Shown: positions 36,701 through 48,340 of the stretch, piece after piece
Layout: each line of letters begins with the position of its first letter
Position numbering within the stretch: position 1 is the first letter of the stretch
Translations under genes and position numbers: made by a program
Notes under the pieces: generated by a model
What the model saw: only the letters and a program-made list of their open reading frames with translations
Told to the model about the DNA's origin: nothing
The model's database searches: none
Source: Psammoneis japonica
Lineage: Eukaryota
Length of the DNA: 64,000 bases
Assembly: GCA_008632985.1 (NCBI GenBank)
Contig: QPGO01000011.1
Location: 248,001 to 312,000, forward strand
Reading direction: 5' to 3'

Positions 36701-39700
36701 ATCCTCAACAGCTAATTCTAAGCTTTGGTCGAGTGACTGAGTGACCGTGGTTGATGCAAACCTGTGTCCTCCTGGTTCAGCCTGAGGGTCTTTCGGCAGT
36801 TGCAGTATCGGGAGTTTCGCACTTTCATCATTCAAATGGAGATGATTAATCCAGAAAGACGCGTCAGGAACAATGCCGTCGAATTCGGCACGCTCAAACT
36901 CGAGCCAAGCGTAGTCCACGTATGATGCAAATCGTGGAGGCAAGGCACTTGCATTATTGTATAGGGAATTCAGTGCACGGTGAATAGTTGCCATGGAGCC
37001 TCCGTCAACGGCTATGTGGTGGAATACGGTCAACAGCTCATTGGAAGTCTCAATATAGTAAGCTCGCATAGAGGCCTCACGCCGCAGGTCGAAGGGTAAT
37101 ATGGCAAGCTCTTGAGCATCGACGTCTGTGCGCACAACTCGATCGAATTTGAAAGAATCTGCCCATTCCAATTCGATGACGCCGATTGATGGATCAGCTG
37201 AGCCGATGTCGCCCACATATCTCGTGCACAAGACGCAATGCATCTTGAGAAGAGACCGAAACGCATCCTCAAGACGATCAATGTCAGTGTCTCGCCGAAG
37301 TTTCATTAAAATGGGAATGTTGTAGAGACCTATGTCTGGATGCATGTCCTGAATAAAAAGCATGCGTTGCTGGGCCCGGGTGAGTGGATAATGACGAAAA
37401 CTGTCAATTTCAAGATCCGCTTCTTGAAATGCAGAGCAGGACCGGACACGCTGACGATAATGTTCAGAAGTACATAACTCTTGTCTTGATGCGGTTGTTC
37501 GATCGTTGCAGCCTTTTTCAGATACTATTGCCAAGGCAGCTTGGCTCAACTGGTCCACTATCCGATCGATTGATTCTGTTGCAAAGTTGGACTTCACGAT
37601 ATCATTTGCCGTTTCGAGATCTACGCTTAGCCGAAGTGAAGATGCGAAAGGGATAAGGAGCGCAGGGCTGCTAATTGTCACTTTGTCCAGAAGCAGATCT
37701 TGGGCTTGGACTCGGATGCCATAGCGCCGGAAAAGGTGACCCGTGAAGGCCACCATGGCCATCGAGTCCATGCCAAGTTCCTGCAGGGTAAGATCATTGG
37801 TAACTAAGGCAGCGTCTATCTTCAACTTTCTGGCAATTATGCAGCGAATAATTTCAATCGCAATCAAACAATGTGGATCATTTGTGGGTGGGAGTGTAGT
37901 CCGATTCCTAGTCACTCCGGAACGGCCGATTCCCGCCGGGAAAAGGGAGCCGGACGCCACCATCGGCAAGTCATGTTCAAGCAGAGCATCTTGTTTCGAG
38001 TCAAGTGCCCAACGAAAGAGCTCACGTAGGGTACCAGATACTGCTTCAATCCTGCACTGCTGTCGACGAATCTTCCCACTTGACGTTTTAGGGATCGTCC
38101 TTTCTTGCAACAAAATGATGACAGCGGGAGTAAGAGAATGTTCGACCTCGATAGTCTGACGGATGGACAGAGCCAAGTCAGAAGATCTCATCTTTCTTGC
38201 CTTTGCTTTGAGTACCTGTGAACGAACTTCGACGGCAATGGCTACAGCCTCCTCCTGTCAGTGCCAAGCACTTGCCAGCTGAATGCAGCGACGCACCCTG
38301 GGCGCACCGAAGCGCCCATTGACTCATCAATAGTATGCTCGATGTCTTGTGGAGCAATGTTTCTGCCTCGCACAATCATAAGATCCTTGCTACGACCAAC
38401 GATGTACAATTCGTTGTCGTGCAGAAAGCCCATATCGCCCGAACGAAGCCACGATCTTTCCAATAAAGCGCTGTCTTCTTCACCCAACCCCCGACCAGCT
38501 TTGCTTGCAGTATATCTCGAGTGACTTTCGGTTTGTCAAAATAGGCCTCTGACTTTGAGCATGAAGATAACCAAACTTCCCCGACTTCGTCTTCCTTGAG
38601 CGCCATCCCGCTTTCATCCACAATCAACAAGCAAATATCGGAGACGACAGAGCGACCACACGAAACAAAGCTCACATTCGACGCCTCGTCCACAACTACC
38701 TTGCCTTGTCTTTCCAAGGAATGTTTTTGAACTCGGAGGCATGTCCCGACCAGCAAGTAACTGTCGCCAGTAATGTGTGCTCGGCCATTCCGTAGGAGGG
38801 ACGAATGACGTTTCCCTGCAAGTTCATGGGACCAAACTGGGTACAGAACGCTTGCAACGCCGACTCTTGAATAGGCTCTGCGCCACACATGATACAATCA
38901 ATGCAAGACAAATCAACTGTCATGCCCCTGGGCCACTTGCGAACGACAAGATTAAAGGCAAAATTGGGCGCGACCAAGACAGTGCTACGAAACTTGGATG
39001 CCGCTTTCAACCAAAGCGGAGGATTCTGAATGAAAGAAATGGGGCTCATGATGGCAAGTAACGAGCCACTGTACGCACTAGCCAAAGAGGAGATCAAACC
39101 CATATCATGATACAACGGTAGCCAGATGAGGACTCGATTCTCATTGGGCTCGCGATCCATCATACCACTGCCGACGATGATACGTGAAGCTGATGACTTA
39201 TGTTCTTGTGAGAAATGACAACACCCTTTGGTGATGATGTTGACCCAGAAGTGTATTGAAGGAAAGCTACATCATTTTGTATCGGCTTTGGAATGGTTTG
39301 GTATACACGACAAGCGGTGTCCCTTTTGACAACAATCCAAGTCACTGTTGGAATCTTGATGGATGGCTTTCTTGTGAAACCGCCCTTCACTGTCGCTGCA
39401 ACAGCTGCGCGAACTCGAATACGATTATATTCCTTATCCGTCAAGGCCACCTTTGCACCACAATCTCTCAGTATATGCGAGAATCGTTCCCAGTCCATCT
39501 GAATATGAGGGCGTGGTGGGATAACAGGTACTGGGATGACACCAGCTTTCAAACAGGCGAGGAATGTGACTGTAAAGTCTAGGCCAGGAAGAAACGAAAG
39601 AATAGCACAATCACCCTTTGAAAGACCAACTCCACCCTCTTGTTTGCTAGCTCGCAACCAACAAGCGAGATTCGAGGTGACTTGATGGAGTTGGCGAAAT

Positions 39701-39882
39701 GTAAGCTCATCCGTAACTTCAAGTTTGTCACTAATGAACTGGTAAGATACCTTTTCAGGCGCTTCTTGTGCCCACAATTCAATCGCATCGAGTATCGAGG
39801 CCGGAACTGGAGTTCCATCAGCAAAATGGCCTCTTGAATTGACGACATAATCGTCATTAGATTCTACTCGTGGCAGCGCCAT
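28570..39882 (-). CDS. Multimodular NRPS: FAAL-T-C-A-T-C-A-T-Pls-like terminal membrane domain (~3,750 aa if frameshifts are corrected)
   Basis: Consecutive ORF pieces overlap or abut through apparent 1-bp frameshifts, with no intron evident. See the domain entries below. Confidence 0.85.
30830..34070 (-). other. NRPS module 2 (C-A-T)
   Basis: [53 protein letters not shown] and LGANSL. Confidence 0.9.
32150..32694. repeat. Intragenic near-identical repeat (A-domain N-terminal core), partner at 35544-36088
   Basis: Long identical stretches by eye. A second pair covers about 31090-31460 and 34515-34885. Confidence 0.95.
34250..37400 (-). other. NRPS module 1 (C-A-T)
   Basis: [53 protein letters not shown] and LGANSL. 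Confidence 0.9.
37670..39882 (-). other. Loading module: fatty acyl-AMP ligase (FAAL)-like domain + carrier domain
   Basis: [75 protein letters not shown] and LGMDSM. Confidence 0.88.
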
Positions 39883-40850
39883 TTGCTTTCAAAGTGCCCT
39901 CTCTCGCTCTCGTTTACTGCCTGCCAATTCACCAACACTGCGGCTTTCACCTCCTCTCTTGTTCTCTCTTACTTGCGTAGAAGCATTTTTATCAAAAAGA
40001 GAAGACGCGAAACAAACTCTGTTGCCGATGTGCCGACGGCCCAAAACCAACACCGAATTGATGAGCCTGTTTGCCGGTTGTCGTCAGCAGGCAAATGGGG
40101 CCCTAAGTACCCGGATGGGGTGAACTGACATTTTTCAGCAAAGGCACTGCGGCACTCAAGGAAAGGAACAATGTGTGAAGCAAAGTGTGACGAGCAGACA
40201 CAAGGAGTTTGTGCAGAAGCATTGTGTCCAGCCACAGTGCTGATGGCTGCAGGAGTGAGCAGAGAAAAAGAAGAAGCGACAGCAGGTGGAGGGAATCACA
40301 TGACGAACCAGGAGCCCAAAAAGAGAGAGTTGTGAGGCTGTTTTGCGGGTGCCAAAAGCAAGCAATTGAGGTGCTCTGAAGCACAACCCAGCAAAAGCTT
40401 GTTGTCGCCCCAGCTGGTCAGCCAAGAATCCCCATGTGTTGTCCATGACAAAGCATCGCCCCAGCCATCACAAAGTGTTTTCAGCACCCATTTTGGTGTG
40501 TCTCGTGACCTGGTTGTTGTTGAGAGTTGCCTCACAAAAAACTGGTTCAGTGCTTGTTGCAAAATCTCCAAGCACGTGAAAGCATTGGAGCTTGCTGAAG
40601 ATGTCTCTGCTGCTGCTGTGAGCTGCTTCTGTCAAATGAGAGCACAAAAGCATGTGCTCCAGAACCTCTCTGCAGAGCCAGAAACTCATCTTTGCTGCTT
40701 TGGTGCAGAGCTCCCAGCTCAGTGCTCTACAGAGACACTGAGATCAACAAGAGCAGCACAAGCAGCAGAAAGTGGCTGTGCATGTTAGAACAGCAAGCAG
40801 CCAGAGCAACAAGAATGAGGTGCAGAAATGACCTCCAGCGTGCACCAGCA

Positions 40851-41115
40851 GGCCTGTTCCAGCTCCAGGTGCTCTGCTTTTCACCACGCGAGAGGCCAAT
40901 TTTCTGCGCAGTTCAGCGCAATTAACTCCTTCAATTTTGATCGTTTCGAAAATCGAAAGGTGAGTGTGCACCCAAAAATGCATGCTGTAAAGTGTACACT
41001 CACCCTTCGATTTGGCAAAAAAAACAGATTTGGAAAAAGTCAATTGCGCCAAATGCACAAATTTCCAAATGATGGGAATCAAACCCGCGCGGAGCACCTG
41101 GAGCTGGAACAGGCC
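40851..41115. mobile_element. 265-bp MITE with 24-bp perfect TIRs and a candidate 4-bp TSD (AGCA)
   Basis: ggcctgttccagctccaggtgctc (40851-40874) is the reverse complement of 41092-41115. agca lies on both flanks. Confidence 0.85.
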
Positions 41116-44100
41116 AGCATGAGGTGGGCAGCAGCAGAAGCAGGTTGAGAAAATGAAAACTTGCATGAGGGGGCATGGGCAAAGTTGAGAAGCCATGCAG
41201 AGCAAAGCAAACCAAGAACTTTGTGTGCAGCCTTGGTCAGGTGGCACAGCTCAAGAGTGCACACTGTCATGCAAAGTCACGGCTGCTTGCAGTGTGCCAA
41301 GCAGCAGCCACATGCTGGCCAGCTCCCAGCTGCAACAAGAGCTTGGCTTCTTGCATCACCAACTCAGGACACTGTGTGGCAAAGTTGAAAAGTAAAATGC
41401 TTTGACAAATGTGTGCAGCATGGCAACAGGAGGGGGAAAGTGGGTGAGACAAGCTTGTTCTGAGAGACAACGGGGGGAGGGGCACAGCTGCCACACTGCA
41501 AAAGAAGAAAAGACCAAAGAGAAACAGGAAAGAAGCAACAGCCACTGACAACAGCACTTCTTTCTGCCTGAAATCCCTTCAAATTTTCTGTGCTCAATGC
41601 CCTCATTGCTTGTGCTAGACTGGTGACATTTTTAAAGCTGTGTTTGACTGACTTGGTTAAAATGACAGAGGAGCAATGTGTGATGACTCTAAAAATTGCA
41701 CCATTGAGTGTGCAACAAATTTGCCTTGATGTGCTGCATGAGCTGGTGATGCCTTTCCTGTTGTGTGCTGCACAAAATTTACATCACATGCATGAGTTTC
41801 AATCACTTGAAAGATGACCTTCCATGTGTCAGCAAAGCCATTGCATGCAGGAGTGTCCCACGCTGTTTGACAACTTGCCAAACATTTTGCTTTGATCTTT
41901 GCATCTTTTCAAATGCTGGTGGGGTGCTGTGCATGCAGCCAAAATGCTGGCAATGCTGCAATCATGCTGTGATGTCATTGCATTTGCCATGTCATGTGTG
42001 AATCTCGACATCAATGACATGAAAGCAAAAATCACATGACAATGTTGAGCTTGGCATTGCACTGTGCTGCACACCAGCAGGGTGGTCAATTCATTTCATT
42101 GATCCACAGGTTGTCAATTGCATTTGCACCCAATTTGAGCTGACTCATGACAAATGAGGCCCTGGGTCCTCCCCACAGAAGAAAATGCATTTTTGCACCA
42201 GTTTGGTGTTTGCTTTGCTGCAAGTCAAGACTCCTGCAAGGTCTCATGTTGCCATGGTCTCTTGCTCATCATGTTGCAAGAAAGCAGGCACATTTTCCGC
42301 AGCACAAGAATGTCAAAGCACAACAACCTCAAGTGATGGCACACACTCAAGTGCCAGCACACCAGCAGCACATCAACAAAGGCAAGCATGCAAATTTGCT
42401 CATTGACACAAATCAGTCAGATTTGTCACAAATTGCCCCTGCTCATGACAAATCATTGTGATTTGAAAGCAAACAAATGTCCGCTCTTTCCAACAAACAT
42501 GGGAATGAGTTTGGTGCAACTCAACAAGTTTGCAGCCAAGAAATGCTCAATTTGGTGTTTTTGCAGCTAACTGACTGAGAGCAGATTGGTTGACTGGCAT
42601 TTTCAAATGATTGTTTTGCTGCACAGAGCTGCAGCTCATTTTCAATCTGTTGTGCATCCAAAGTCTGCCAGTTCCTTGTTTTTTTTGTGATGTGTTTGCC
42701 TGCATTTGCTGCAATGCTGCATTTGTTGTGGCACTGAAAGCTTGCCTCTCTTTGTCATGATGTTTCATGAGACCTGAAAATGGCAGCCTTTCCTTTGTCT
42801 GCATTCTTGGATGTTCAATTGGATTCAAAAAAGCACCCTCAAGCAGGTTTCAAAAACACTCGGTTGTCAATGACTGGGGATGTGTGCATGACAGAAATGC
42901 AAAAATGTCCTTCATCTGGCAACCTTGCACCTTCTTTTTTTGCAATGCTGCAAGCCTTGTGGTTTTGGAACCACTGTCCCATGCTCACAAAATTGACAAT
43001 TTTCACTCAATCAGAATGCTGACCAGCCAATGAATTTCCATTGACTCTTGTCAGCACAGCTTGCCCCCCATCACCATTGTTGCTGCAAGCCCAGCACAAT
43101 CCAGCGTGTTGACATGACATGGGTTCTCTGATTTTTTGCCTGGCAACATTGTGGATGAATGTGAAGTGCCTTTCCTCATGCTGATGTCAATGAAGGAGCA
43201 CCCAATGAACTCAATGAGAACAACAGCTGTGGCAACTCTCATCTGGAAAATGACAACAACAAAGCCTCCTTCTCAGAATGGCGAATGCACACACCATCAT
43301 TTTTTGCTTCTCAGCCTTTTCCACAACTTTGCATGGATCAGCAGCATCATTGCCACCTGCAAAGTGAGATGCCAGCAAAAAGCTCAACACTCCCTGCACT
43401 GCACTGTGGTTGTCAGAAAAGCCAGCCCTTTTTTCATCACCAGCAAAGTTTTCACAGTTTCCAAAAATGAGGCATGAGGCTTTTGCTCTGTGCTGCTGTT
43501 TTGCACCAAGACATGGAAATTTCAAGGATCAGAAGAGCACCATCATCCACCAGGTGGGTTGGCTCCAGCAGAAAGCTCCTCTTCATTGTTGGCGCTGGTG
43601 CACTCAGAAACACCTGCTTCAATGAGGTCCGAAGCTTTGTCTCTTGCAGGCTGCAGCCATGAAAGTGGGATTTTCAGACACATTGTCAAAACAACAGAAA
43701 AGCACCACATGTGGCTGCAGGAAATTTCTCACTCTGTGTCAACATTTGTCCACCAAACCAAAGAGAGCAAAAGTTGATGCAACAAACCAAGTGCTGGTGG
43801 GACATCAGGTCTGAGATTGAGGACCCAGATCAGTTGAAGAAAAAACATTTGACACATTTAACTGACCTCCTGATGCACAGCTGTGACTCATGATGAGAAA
43901 AGATGCATCATCAGCACTCTCTGTCATGAGTGCATTTTTTGTTCTCACTCTTTGGAGTGAGTCATTTGGTTCACACAATTGCCAGTCAGTGTCAAGAGAC
44001 ACCTGTTGTTGCATCAGCCACACAGTTTACATGGATGCACCAAGGCAAGCCACAGCCATTGAAGACTGCCAAGGCAAGTGTGTTGAGCAGCGCAGGAAAT

Positions 44101-44721
44101 TTTGTGTGGTTCCCTTTTGGTGACATTGACTTGCCAGTTCAATGCCAAGGGTCATTTGTGAGTGCCTCACTCTTTGCATTGCCCTGGCAACTGAACATGT
44201 GAGCATGCAACATGAAAGCATCAAATGCAACAATTTCAATGAAATCTTCAAAATGCACACCTGAGCACAAGTTGAGGTTGCAACAATCAAATGGAGATGT
44301 TCAGATTTGAACAAATTGACTCTGGAGACATGACTTTTGTTGCACTTGAGTCAAAACATGCAAAACACAAAACTGTTTGGTTGTGGAGCAACAGTCACAT
44401 GCACACCAAACAAAAATGGGAGCAAATGAACAGAAAAGGTCAACTGCCAACAAGCAAGCATGCACCACTTCAATCAGAGATGGGCCAGCAAAATGAATCT
44501 GAGAGTGTGATCACCAGATCAAAGTGCCAAATGATGGCCTCCTGTGATTCATGCACCCTTTCTTGCCACTCTGACAATCTCACTTCCCTCACTCAGCAGC
44601 ACGCTGCCATGCTGCAAGATGCAAAACCACCTCTGATGCTGGCACAAGCTTGTCACAAATTGCAGAGACATGAGAAGGTCAGTTTTCCATCATTGCTCTT
44701 TTCTCAGTTTCATGTTTTATT

Positions 44722-44912
44722 TTTTTGCTCCCGGCCCAGTTGATTTGATCTTGTCTTTTTTCTCCCCAACTTCTTGTGTCAGCAGCAGCCAGCTGTGTCT
44801 GGCGCCAAACATCCACACCACATTTTTTGCTCCCAGTTGATTTGATCTTGTCTTTTTTCTCCCCAACTTCTTGTGCCAGCAGCAGCCAGCTGTGTCTGGC
44901 CAAACATCCACC
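44722..44912. repeat. Two tandem copies of a ~95-100 bp unit
   Basis: cccagttgatttgatcttgtcttttttctccccaacttcttgtg.cagcagcagccagctgtgtctggc occurs twice. Confidence 0.9.
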
Positions 44913-47034
44913 AACCACAGAGCCCAAAGTGCAAACTAGAACATCTGCTGCATGCAAATGAAGACAGTGTGCTGTGCTGCAAAGAAAAATTGCAGAGTTG
45001 GCAGCTGTTAAAAAAAAACTGCAAATTGCACTGCTTGGATGAAGTGCCATTTTTTGACCAGTGCAAGCAGCGCAGAAATGATTTTTGCCATTGGCCTTCA
45101 CACCACCAAATGACAACTCACAATGAGATGAGCACACTGTGAGCAATGGCATCATTCTCATGGGAAGCATCAGCCAAAGCAACAACGGTGCAAGATGATC
45201 CATCCACAAGGCACATTTGTCATTTTTTGAGCAGTTTTCATCATTCATTTTGCACCACTTGGTGTGTGAACCAGAGTCCCAAAGCTCCAGTTCATGATGC
45301 CAACAACTCTGCTGCATTGTCACTGCAGCCACACAGCTGCATTGCTGATGCACAACACTTTCCACAGAAAAGGAGTGCACTCAACATTCACTGTTTTTGG
45401 TGCTCATTCTTTTTGATTTTTTGTGGGGGCATTGAGAAAAGATTGTTGAATTAGATTTGGCTCAGCTGCTGCCATCTGCATCATTTTTTGTCATTGTCAT
45501 TGTCAACATTGACAGCTGGCAACTGCAGCAACAAAATGGGAGGCTTTGTTTTTGCACAAACCCAAAAGACTTGCACTTGGTGCTTGAGCACAGTGCAAGT
45601 CTGCTTGAGTCTTTGAAGAAAAACTGTTTTTCCCTCTGACATGAGAGGCTCTGACAACTTTGTCAAGCACAAATGGTGCCCTTGGTTGTTGCTCAAGCTC
45701 TTTTGCAGAATGATTGGGACAGATGACGCATGCTGGGGCCAGGTTGTGTGCAGGCAGTGTGTCCCAGGGTGGCTCCAGAAATTGCCAAAAAAGCTGTCTG
45801 CAAGGTGCACTCTACAAAACATGCCAGAAGCCAGCACCCCACACCATCAGACAGCTGTTGTCAAGCTTGTCACAGAAGTGCCCCACCATGACAACATTGG
45901 GGTGGAAAGAGCCAGCAGCTGCTTGGCTTTACCCAATTTTGTCCCAAAATGAACCAGTGCAAAATCCCACCTTTTTGGCTGGTGCTGATGTGAGTCATTG
46001 ACTGCTGTTGTGTGCTTGGCACTGCTGCACCTTTCAAACAATGATGCAGAAACACATGCACCTTGTGGTTGTCACCTTGCAGTGCCATTGTGTCCCTTGC
46101 ACCTGAGCCACAGCTTTGGCATTTGCCACTGAGTGCCTTTTTGTTCTTTGCATGAAATGTGTTCAAACAGACTGGGCACTTTCTCATTGTGATGCAGGTT
46201 TTCAGCCTGCATGTGTGATGTGTGTTGCCATGCTGTTTGTTGGCCTCCCCACATGAAAAGTGGCTGGGCTGCAGCCCTGAGATTCAGGGCAAGCACAGTC
46301 ACATTTGGCAAAGCAACAATGCTTTTGGTGTTTTTGTTGTAGATTTTTCACACAGCTGTGCTGTTTTCTTGCTGCTTGGGGTGGACCAAGTGTGCTGGAG
46401 TTGCCTTGTCAGAGCTGCTGCATGTGTTTGAAGGGTGAGACAACTCAAGCATCTTGCTTTCACTTGACTTCTGGCTCTCACCCAAGTGACTGCACTTCAC
46501 ACAGGACTCAGTGAAAAACCACAATTTTGCCTGACATTTGTCAAAAAATGCAAGAAAGTCAAACTGCGCTGGCAAACCCCTTTCACACTTGCCAACATGA
46601 GTTCTTGTTCAGTTGGTTCAGTTGGTGGCTGTGGCTCACAAATGTGCCTTTGACAACAATGGCATGACTTGTGCCATTGTGTGCATTGTGATTCAGCATT
46701 GTGAATGCAACCCTGACAATTTGGGTGTCAAAGTGGGCTGCTCCTGCTCATCTCCCCTTTCACTGGACATCTTCTGCAAGTGCCAAGCTGTGCTCAAGTC
46801 CAGCCACTTTGGTTTTTTCTGAGAGTGACCTGCCTTGATTGTTGCTGTGCATGACAGGTCCATGTTCTGAAAATTGTTTCATTTTGGCCCAATGCAGTCC
46901 ACTTGGTGTTTGCACACATCAAGTCCAACCTGCATCAAAAGGTTGGGCACTGGGATCTCCGAGGGGAGATTGCAGGGTTGCTCATGGCTCTCACACATGA
47001 TTTGTTGACCCACGCCCCACCCAATGAGGTGCCT

Positions 47035-47129
47035 TCACCCCAGACACTTTGGACACTGCTTCAGCAGCCTTGACTTGGAGTGACAGTGATCTTGCACAGG
47101 AGTCACACAAGAAATTGAGTGATTTGCGA
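47035..47129 (+). pseudogene. Decayed 3' end of the BRO1 gene
   Basis: ccttgacttggagtgacagtgatcttgca here, against ccttgactcggagtgatagtgatcttgca at 15965. Confidence 0.85.
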
Positions 47130-48340
47130 CTCTGAAACATTGGTCCGGTCGTCATGTCTTGCTGCCCTCTGTTTTTCCACTGTTCAAATCTGCTCAAAGC
47201 CACGTTGGTTGCATTGGACTGAGCAGCTTGGCTGAGCTGTGAGATGTTGGGCAAATCTAGTCTCTCAGATGTTGAGCTGTGGGGCATGACTGTCTTTACA
47301 AGAAAGGGGGCAGTCTTTTGCACATGTCCATGTGCTGGAGGCACTGGTTTTGGTTGTGACAAGGAGAATGAGGCAGGGTAAGCTGGCAACATTGAGCAGT
47401 TACAGAGATTGTTCTGTAGCTGCACAGTGTTGCCAAGCTTCTTTTGCTTCTACACCATCTCTATCATGTAACAACCGTGCATGCAACTCAATCCTAAAGG
47501 ACGGCTCCTGACTTGGTTGTGACAATTCTGATGCAACGAGACGACTCGATGAATGACAAGCACGGGACGACAATGATCGAGAAATCGGGAAAATAGAGCA
47601 ATGCATGCCCATTTTTTTTGTAGATTACCAAATCTAGTAAGCATGTTACTATCCTATCATCTGCACTGCAATACCTAAATCATGGCAATCTTGGTATCTT
47701 TTCGTTTCACCAGTTGCGGAAGGACAGAGTCTCTCACAAAGCTCATGCAGGCGGGTGCGGTATCCGGAAGGGTAGAGACTGTGTATCCTTTTGAATTGGT
47801 GTGGCATCTAGCACCACCAATTGTGTGTGTTCCAAGCTGAGCGCCGGTACTTGTCCACTGCACAATGCTTGTAATCGATGTGGCGTACCCACGGCGAGTC
47901 CAAATGATCCGTCGCGTAGCATAGTCTGTTGTTGCTGTATTGACATGTGTTTGGCAAACAACTTTGCAGCGCGACCTTGAAGGATGCCAAATCTTTGAGA
48001 ATTGCCACGGCTCGTCTTGGCAGAAACCGTGACAATGAGAACCATGGGCGAGCCAACATGCTTCCACTTTTTCAATCTCTTGGTGGACGGAACGATCGCC
48101 TTGAACTGTGTTGCAAAGTCAGGCGTAATATTGTTTGTCGAGGCTGCTGTTGTTGCATCGGAAAAGTGCGATAGACTCAACTGGTCAATCAAATTTTGTT
48201 TGTCTGTTTCATTGCTTCCCTGTTGCAATTTATTGTAGTGCTCGAGCGAGGTTTTCAGAAATTGGTGTTGCACCTCGATTGGCTGATTCATCAAGTCGCG
48301 TCCGGCATTGACGAGAAAATGCGCACGATTCGTAGTTGGT
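47035..48340 (+). repeat. Copy B of the diverged direct repeat
   Basis: Aligns to about 15930-17200. Confidence 0.9.

Larger units (their letters stand above)
40130..47350. mobile_element. Unclassified decayed block (TE and/or dead genes), TpA- and CpG-depleted
   Basis: Almost no TA or CG over about 7 kb. Contains a MITE, a tandem duplication and a BRO1 remnant. Confidence 0.55.

Noticed and set aside
28570..39882. NRPS as a pseudogene or as several separate genes
   Set aside because: The domain order is continuous across 1-bp shifts, catalytic motifs are intact, there is no TpA/CpG decay, and the same error type affects essential genes.
27360..39900. Bacterial contaminant contig or chimeric join
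   Set aside because: There is no operon organisation, and composition resembles the host genes. The region is embedded in a duplicated host junction and abuts a diatom-type Copia. A mis-join cannot be fully excluded without reads.
9283..47350. Dense Cys/His/Gln-rich ORFs on all six frames in the decayed blocks, read as novel metal-binding genes
   Set aside because: They are a by-product of TpA loss, which erases TAA/TAG stops and Tyr codons. No coherent domains are present beyond the TE remnants.
47400..47612. Small ORF apparently conserved with 16286-16528 (SRLVASEL...IELHA...EAW)
   Set aside because: The similarity is explained by the DNA duplication of intergenic sequence. The starts differ, and I saw no evidence of codon-level constraint.
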